A stretch of 64,000 nt of DNA, from the NCBI GenBank assembly GCA_937983115.1, contig CALKAO010000112.1, positions 16,902 through 80,901 of the forward strand, in the 5' to 3' direction. Positions 58,544 through 64,000 of the stretch are shown piece after piece. The notes beneath the pieces were generated by a model, which had not been told where the DNA came from, did no database searches, and was given only the letters and a program-made list of their open reading frames with translations. Both the position numbers and the translations under genes were made by a program. The stretch's first letter is position 1, and each line of letters begins with the position of its first letter. The DNA is from an uncultured Bacillales bacterium. Its GTDB lineage: Bacteria > Bacillota > Bacilli > Bacillales > UBA6769.

Positions 58544-60973
58544 CTAAGCTTTCGCAAGCTCTTTTACAACGTATTTGCCATCTTCCACATCGATCTGAAC
58601 CGTTTTGCCTTTTTGAATCTTTCCTTTTAGCAGCTCTTCTGAAAGCAAATCTTCAATATGGCGCTGGATGGCCCGGCGCAGCGGCCGCGCGCCATACTCC
58701 GGATCATAGCCGTCCTCGGCAATTTTTTCTTTCGCCGCTTCTGTAAGTTCAAAATCAATGCCTTGTTCATGAAGCCGTTTTTTCAGCTGATTGGCCATAA
58801 GCGTAACAATTTCTTTCAAATGTTTTTTCTCCAAAGAATGGAAGACAATCGTCTCGTCAATGCGGTTTAAAAACTCTGGCCGGAACACTTTTTTCAATTC
58901 ATCCAGCACTTTATCTTTCATGTCTTTGTATTCTTGATCCGGACCTTGCACAGTAAAGCCTACATATTTATTCCGCTTCAGCGCGCTGGCGCCGACGTTT
59001 GACGTCATAATTAAAATCGTATTGCGGAAATCTACCGTTCTTCCTTTGGAATCTGTAAGCCGGCCGTCTTCAAGCACTTGCAATAAAATATTAAATACAT
59101 CCGGATGCGCTTTTTCAATTTCATCAAGCAAGATGACGGAGTACGGTTTTGTCCGAACTTTTTCAGTGAGTTGTCCGCCTTCATCGTAGCCGACATATCC
59201 CGGAGGCGCGCCAACGAGCCTGGATGTTGCATGCTTTTCCATGTACTCCGACATGTCAATGCGGATGACGGCATCTTCTTCCCCAAACATCGCTTCGGCC
59301 AAAGCTCGCGCCAACTCTGTTTTTCCAACCCCTGTCGGCCCGAGGAAAATAAATGAGCCAATTGGGCGTTTCGGATCTTTTAACCCGGCGCGCGCCCTTC
59401 TGACCGCTTGAGCAACCGCTTTGACAGCTTCGTCCTGGCCAATCACGCGCTCGTGAAGAATTTCCTCCAGTTTTAATAGGCGCTCGGTTTCTTCTTCCTT
59501 TAGCTTTGATACCGGAATTCCTGTCCAGCTCGCAACGACTTTTGCAATATCGTCGGGCGTCACTTCTTGGTTTTCCTGGCCTTGTTTTTCTTTCCATTCG
59601 TTTTTCGTTTTTTCAACTTCTTCTCTCAGCCGCTGTTCATGATCGCGAAGAGATGCGGCTTTTTCAAATTCCTGGCTCTGCACAGCAGCGTCTTTTTCTT
59701 TTCTTACTTCTTCAAGTTTTTGCTCGAGCTCTTTTAAATTTGGCGGTGTGGTATACGAACGGAGCCTGACTTTTGATCCCGCTTCATCAATTAAATCAAT
59801 CGCCTTGTCCGGCAAAAATCGATCCGAAATGTAGCGATCCGATAATCGAACGGCAGCTTCAATCGATTCATCTGGTATCGTCACGCGATGATGGGCTTCA
59901 TACCGATCGCGAAGTCCTTTTAAAATTTGAATCGATTGTTCGAGCGTCGGCTCATTCACATAAATCGGCTGAAAACGGCGCTCAAGCGCTGCGTCTTTTT
60001 CAATGTATTTCCGGTATTCGTCAAGGGTTGTCGCTCCAATGCATTGCAGCTCGCCGCGCGAAAGCGCCGGCTTTAAAATGTTCGAAGCATCGATCGCTCC
60101 TTCGGCGCCGCCTGCACCGATTAAAGTATGCAATTCATCGATAAACAAAATGATGTTGCCCGCTTGACGGATTTCATCCATGACTTTTTTCAAACGATCC
60201 TCGAATTCGCCGCGATACTTCGTGCCTGCCACCACGGTTCCCATGTCAAGCGTCATCACACGCTTGTCGCGTAAAATTTCTGGAACCTCATTGTCGACAA
60301 TCTGCTGCGCCAGCCCTTCGGCAATCGCTGTTTTTCCAACACCGGGTTCGCCGATGATCACCGGGTTATTTTTTGTGCGCCGGCTTAAGACTTCGATGAC
60401 ACGCTGAATTTCTTTGCTTCGTCCAATCACTGGATCAAGGCCGCCATCCCTTGCCACTTGCGTTAAATCCCGGGCAAGGCTGTCAAGTGTCGGGGTGTTT
60501 GCGTGAGCCATCGCGCTTTGATTGCTGGAGTTCGACTCGCTGCTTCCCAACAATTGCAGCACTTGCTGCCTCGCTTTGTTCAAACTGATGCCTAAATTGT
60601 TCAGCACTCGTGCCGCAACGCCTTCGCCTTCACGGATGAGTCCAAGCAAAATATGCTCTGTTCCCACGTAAGAATGCCCCAATTTGCGCGCTTCATCCAT
60701 CGAAAGCTCAATCACTTTTTTCGCACGGGGGGTGTAGTGGATCGTCTGAACTTTTTCCGTGCTGCTTCCGATAAGCGACTCCACTTCTTTTTGAATTTTT
60801 TCTGGATCAAGGTTTAAAGCGATCAACGCTTTTGCTGCGATCCCCTCGCCTTCGCGAATCAGTCCGAGCAGAATGTGCTCTGTTCCGACATTATGATGGC
60901 CGAGCCGAATCGCTTCTTCTTGAGCAAGCGCCAACACTTTTTGCGCTCTTTCTGTAAATCGTCCAAACATCAT
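58544..60973 (-). CDS. clpC: ATP-dependent Clp protease ATP-binding subunit ClpC
   Basis: 809 aa; duplicated N-terminal Clp repeat and two AAA+ modules ([16 protein letters not shown]). Confidence 0.97.
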   Translation of the reverse strand: MMFGRFTERAQKVLALAQEEAIRLGHHNVGTEHILLGLIREGEGIAAKALIALNLDPEKIQKEVESLIGSSTEKVQTIHYTPRAKKVIELSMDEARKLGHSYVGTEHILLGLIREGEGVAARVLNNLGISLNKARQQVLQLLGSSESNSSNQSAMAHANTPTLDSLARDLTQVARDGGLDPVIGRSKEIQRVIEVLSRRTKNNPVIIGEPGVGKTAIAEGLAQQIVDNEVPEILRDKRVMTLDMGTVVAGTKYRGEFEDRLKKVMDEIRQAGNIILFIDELHTLIGAGGAEGAIDASNILKPALSRGELQCIGATTLDEYRKYIEKDAALERRFQPIYVNEPTLEQSIQILKGLRDRYEAHHRVTIPDESIEAAVRLSDRYISDRFLPDKAIDLIDEAGSKVRLRSYTTPPNLKELEQKLEEVRKEKDAAVQSQEFEKAASLRDHEQRLREEVEKTKNEWKEKQGQENQEVTPDDIAKVVASWTGIPVSKLKEEETERLLKLEEILHERVIGQDEAVKAVAQAVRRARAGLKDPKRPIGSFIFLGPTGVGKTELARALAEAMFGEEDAVIRIDMSEYMEKHATSRLVGAPPGYVGYDEGGQLTEKVRTKPYSVILLDEIEKAHPDVFNILLQVLEDGRLTDSKGRTVDFRNTILIMTSNVGASALKRNKYVGFTVQGPDQEYKDMKDKVLDELKKVFRPEFLNRIDETIVFHSLEKKHLKEIVTLMANQLKKRLHEQGIDFELTEAAKEKIAEDGYDPEYGARPLRRAIQRHIEDLLSEELLKGKIQKGKTVQIDVEDGKYVVKELAKA

Positions 60974-60995
60974 GTTTCGTTCATCCTCCTTCGGC

Positions 60996-62063
60996 TTATT
61001 GTTCGTTTAATTTTAGCGCCTCACGTATAATCGAAGCTCTGCGAATGTCCCGTTCGCCCGGACTGAGGCGTTCGCCTGCATATTGCTGTAAAAAACCGGG
61101 CTGCGTTAATATCATTAATTCGTTTAAAATCGTTTGGGATACTCCTTGAATGAGTGAAAGATCGATGCCGAGCCTTACATCAGACAAACAGTTCGCAGCT
61201 TCCTTTGAATCGATGATGCGGCTGTTTTGCAGCACGCCATATGAACGGTATACGCGATCTTCCAACTGGACTTTAGACTTTTGCAAAAGCGTCTCCCGCG
61301 CATGCCGCTCCCGTTCAATTAGCTGGGTTACTACACTATACAAATCTTCAACGATGTCCATTTCCGATTTGCCCAACGTCATTTGATTCGAAATTTGGAA
61401 GAGGTTACCTAAAGCTTCGCTGCCTTCTCCATAAATTCCTCTAACAACAAGTCCAAGCTGATTAATCGCCGGAATAATTCGATTCAATTGCTGCGAGAGC
61501 ACAAGCGCAGGCAAATGCATCATAACGGAAGCGCGCATGCCTGTTCCAACATTCGTCGGACAGCTTGTTAAATAGCCTCGTTTTTCATCAAAAGCAAAAT
61601 CAAGGGTTTCTTCCAGCAAATCATCGATTTCGTTGGAACGCTCCAACACATCTTTAAGCCTTAAACCTGAAGCCAAATGCTGAATGCGGATATGGTCTTC
61701 TTCATTTATCATAATGCTGATCGATTCGTCTTCACTGAGCAAAACTGCACCATATGGGGCATCATTGGCCAGATGCGGGCTGATGAGATGCTTTTCGACC
61801 AGCACTTGTTTTTGAATCGGTTCCAACTCTTTCATAAGCAAAAGTTCAAGTTTTGCCAAATCATCGTTTGCGTGTCTTGCAACATGTGATCTTACTTCGT
61901 TCAACACGGCTTCTCCGTCATGCTGATGCGTTAAAATCGGAAAGGTGTATTCTTCAAGATTTCTAGCCAATCGTATGCGGCTGCTTAACACAATATCATC
62001 ATCCGGACCTGATTCTTTCATCCAAGGGCTGATCGCTTTGCTAATAAATCGCTCTAAAGACAT
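60996..62063 (-). CDS. mcsB: Protein arginine kinase McsB
   Basis: From ATG 62063 (GGGGGAA upstream): [35 protein letters not shown]; phosphagen-kinase core NEEDHIRIQ. Confidence 0.94.
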   Translation of the reverse strand: MSLERFISKAISPWMKESGPDDDIVLSSRIRLARNLEEYTFPILTHQHDGEAVLNEVRSHVARHANDDLAKLELLLMKELEPIQKQVLVEKHLISPHLANDAPYGAVLLSEDESISIMINEEDHIRIQHLASGLRLKDVLERSNEIDDLLEETLDFAFDEKRGYLTSCPTNVGTGMRASVMMHLPALVLSQQLNRIIPAINQLGLVVRGIYGEGSEALGNLFQISNQMTLGKSEMDIVEDLYSVVTQLIERERHARETLLQKSKVQLEDRVYRSYGVLQNSRIIDSKEAANCLSDVRLGIDLSLIQGVSQTILNELMILTQPGFLQQYAGERLSPGERDIRRASIIREALKLNEQ

Positions 62064-62067
62064 CCGC

Positions 62068-62604
62068 TCATTCCCCCTTTTTATTTCCATATTGTTTCTC
62101 AAGGGAACGAAGTTCATCACGAATTACTGCTGCTTTTTCAAACTCTTCTCTTTCGATATAATCTTGCATCGTTTCTTTTAACAATGCAATTTTTTTCCTG
62201 ATGTGAAGATCGGCTGCTCCCCGCTTTGGAATTTTTCCTGAATGCGTATGATTCCCGCTGTGCACTCGCTTCAGCAATGGATCAAGCTTGGCATCAAACG
62301 TTTCATAGCATTTCGCACAGCCAAATCTGCCGATTTTTGCAAACTGTTCATACGTCATGCCGCATTTTTCACATTTTTGGCTTGTAAATGTTGTAAAACT
62401 GTTCGTCTGTGAATGTTTTTTAAAAGGCTGATCAAAATTTAAAAGCCCGGTTAACAGCTGATGAATCGAAAAATTATTTTGGCCCATCAATTCTCCTTTA
62501 TTTTTTGCGCATTGCTCGCATAAATGCATTTCCATCTTTTCGCCATTAACGATCTTCGTAAAATGAAGTGTCGCCGGCTGAATATGACAATTTTGACATT
62601 CCAC
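62068..62604 (-). CDS. mcsA: McsA, activator of protein arginine kinase
   Basis: 178 aa; CxxC pairs (CQNC..CEQC, CEKC..CAKC) and a UVR-like C-terminus. Confidence 0.92.
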   Translation of the reverse strand: MECQNCHIQPATLHFTKIVNGEKMEMHLCEQCAKNKGELMGQNNFSIHQLLTGLLNFDQPFKKHSQTNSFTTFTSQKCEKCGMTYEQFAKIGRFGCAKCYETFDAKLDPLLKRVHSGNHTHSGKIPKRGAADLHIRKKIALLKETMQDYIEREEFEKAAVIRDELRSLEKQYGNKKGE

Positions 62605-62625
62605 TTTTCACCCCTCCATTGCGCA

Positions 62626-63084
62626 TTACAGTTTATATTTTAATGTAGCAAACATCGCTTTTAGCAAGCTTGCTCTCAGCTCATCCCGTATCGGCAGATC
62701 AACCGAGATCGTTTCCCGATCAATCGCGCTTAGCATAATCCTCGCTTCTCTTTCGGAAATCACTTTCTCTTCATGCAATCTGAAAATCAGATCTTCCGCA
62801 GCCGATTGCGGCAATTTATATCCGATCAAATCAATTAGCTGATCAACCAATTCCGCTTTATCGCTCGGACGAATTTTTATGATCCGAATGTACCCGCCGC
62901 CACCCCGTTTGCTTTCGACAATATAGCCCTTTTCCACTGTAAATCTCGTGTTGATGACATAATTGATTTGTGAGGGGACGCATTGAAATTTTTCTGCAAT
63001 TTCATGGCGCTTAATTTCAATCGCATTGTTTCCGCGCATAATTTTCTTCAAATAGGCTTCAATAATGTCGGAAATATTTTTCAT
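62626..63084 (-). CDS. ctsR: Class III stress-gene repressor CtsR
   Basis: 152 aa from ATG 63084 (GGTGGGGAGG upstream): MKNISDIIEAYLKK...VESKRGGGGYIRI. The track start is over-extended. Confidence 0.94.
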   Translation of the reverse strand: MKNISDIIEAYLKKIMRGNNAIEIKRHEIAEKFQCVPSQINYVINTRFTVEKGYIVESKRGGGGYIRIIKIRPSDKAELVDQLIDLIGYKLPQSAAEDLIFRLHEEKVISEREARIMLSAIDRETISVDLPIRDELRASLLKAMFATLKYKL

Positions 63085-63099
63085 CGACCTCCCCACCTT

Positions 63100-63122
63100 T
63101 CTGACTTTGACTATATTTGACT
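63100..63122 (-). promoter_or_regulatory. CtsR operator (heptad direct repeats)
   Basis: Minus strand AGTCAAA-TAT-AGTCAAA-GTCAGAAA, 16 nt upstream of the ctsR start. It matches the (A/G)GTCAAA NAN (A/G)GTCAAA consensus. Confidence 0.8.
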
Positions 63123-63132
63123 TTATATTCTT

Positions 63133-63162
63133 AGTATACTCGATCTCAAAAAAAGGATGCAA
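63133..63162 (-). promoter_or_regulatory. Candidate sigma-A promoter of the ctsR-clpC operon
   Basis: TTGCAT (63162..63157), 18-nt spacer, TATACT (63138..63133), immediately upstream of the CtsR operator. Confidence 0.5.
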
Positions 63163-63276
63163 CTCTTTCTCACTCAACACAACCCACCCATCAGCCAGCA
63201 GCAAACGAGCGCTCCTGAAAAGCACGTTCATTCCTTCATTTTCCCCATCTCACCTTAAAAAAAACATAAAAAATGA

Positions 63277-63981
63277 TTAGTCAACTCCATTCACAACTTT
63301 AACCACATGCTCATCTGCTGCGAGCTGATCGATAGCGCGGATCATATTTTGATTCCGGTGATACTGGCAATGCAGTGTATATTTGTGAATAAGCGCTCCA
63401 TCTTTTTTCACTTTATCCACAGACTTTTTTTCCACATGAATCGAAAATGAATCTAAAACTTCAATAACATCATGCAGCGACAAATCGTCTTTTCCATAAA
63501 CCGTTAACATTCTGCGGCTTTCTTTTTTTACATAGAGCGGTTCAATTTTCGTAAGCAAAAATAAACTTAAAACAACAATAACCGTTGCTAAGATGGCTTC
63601 ATAGTACATTCCTGCCCCGACGACCAATCCAATTCCTGCGACCACCCAAATCGAAGCAGCTGTTGTCAAACCCCTAACCATGCGGCCGTGGACGATAATC
63701 GTGCCTGCTCCTAAAAAACCAATGCCGCTTATAACATAAGATGGAATGCGCGCTGGATCAAACCTTACGTTTTCATGCATGCCAACATACTTTTCTAGGC
63801 CATATATAGACATAATCATCATTAAACAAGAGCCAACGCCGACTAATAAATGTGTGCGCAACCCTGCAGGATGCTGTTTAAATTCCCGTTCTAATCCAAC
63901 AAAACCTGCTAAAATCGCAGCAGCAAACATCCGAGCAGTCACAACAAGCAAATCATCATGAATTAACGAACTAAACGACAA
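63277..63981 (-). CDS. MgtC/SapB family membrane protein
   Basis: 234 aa; GLEREFKQHPAGLRTHLLVGVGS signature, 4-5 TM helices and a soluble C-terminal domain. Confidence 0.85.
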   Translation of the reverse strand: MSFSSLIHDDLLVVTARMFAAAILAGFVGLEREFKQHPAGLRTHLLVGVGSCLMMIMSIYGLEKYVGMHENVRFDPARIPSYVISGIGFLGAGTIIVHGRMVRGLTTAASIWVVAGIGLVVGAGMYYEAILATVIVVLSLFLLTKIEPLYVKKESRRMLTVYGKDDLSLHDVIEVLDSFSIHVEKKSVDKVKKDGALIHKYTLHCQYHRNQNMIRAIDQLAADEHVVKVVNGVD

Positions 63982-64000
63982 CCTTTCACCTTCCTTCTGT

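Overview
Chromosomal window from a Bacillaceae-type Firmicute. Gene order and protein sequences follow the Bacillus subtilis ctsR -> rpsI region almost gene for gene, and nearly everything is transcribed on the minus strand. Reading the minus strand from 64000 downwards: an MgtC-family gene; ctsR-mcsA-mcsB-clpC; radA; disA; yacL; ispD-ispF; gltX; a Cys T-box; cysE-cysS; mrnC; rlmB; yacP; sigH; rpmG-secE-nusG; rplK-rplA; the L10 leader; rplJ-rplL; a ybxB-type methyltransferase; a plus-strand, multiply frameshifted amidase pseudogene; rpoB-rpoC; ybxF(L7Ae)-rpsL-rpsG-fusA-tuf; an inserted DUF47/PhoU-like + PiT phosphate transporter pair; the full S10-spc-alpha ribosomal clusters (rpsJ to rplQ, including secY-adk-map-infA-rpmJ and rpoA); ecfA1-ecfA2-ecfT; truA; rplM-rpsI. 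Left of rpsI (1..6586) the conserved synteny ends. After a ~600-nt AT-rich spacer there is a visibly AT-richer, tightly coupled operon that I could not place in any described system. It encodes a strongly RBS-driven 24-aa polycationic peptide ORF (missed by the 60-aa ORF track), a hairpin, a 500-aa TPR protein with an unknown N-terminal domain, an MFS transporter and a cytoplasmic S9 (prolyl-oligopeptidase-family) serine peptidase. This is the best candidate for a novel system (a RiPP-like or peptide-signal cassette, or leader-peptide-controlled efflux). I saw no rRNA, tRNA, CRISPR array, transposase or integrase. Many ORF-track entries are over-extended at the 5' end, and I corrected starts where an RBS and the B. 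subtilis N-terminus agree. All homology statements are by-eye comparison with remembered family motifs, not database searches.
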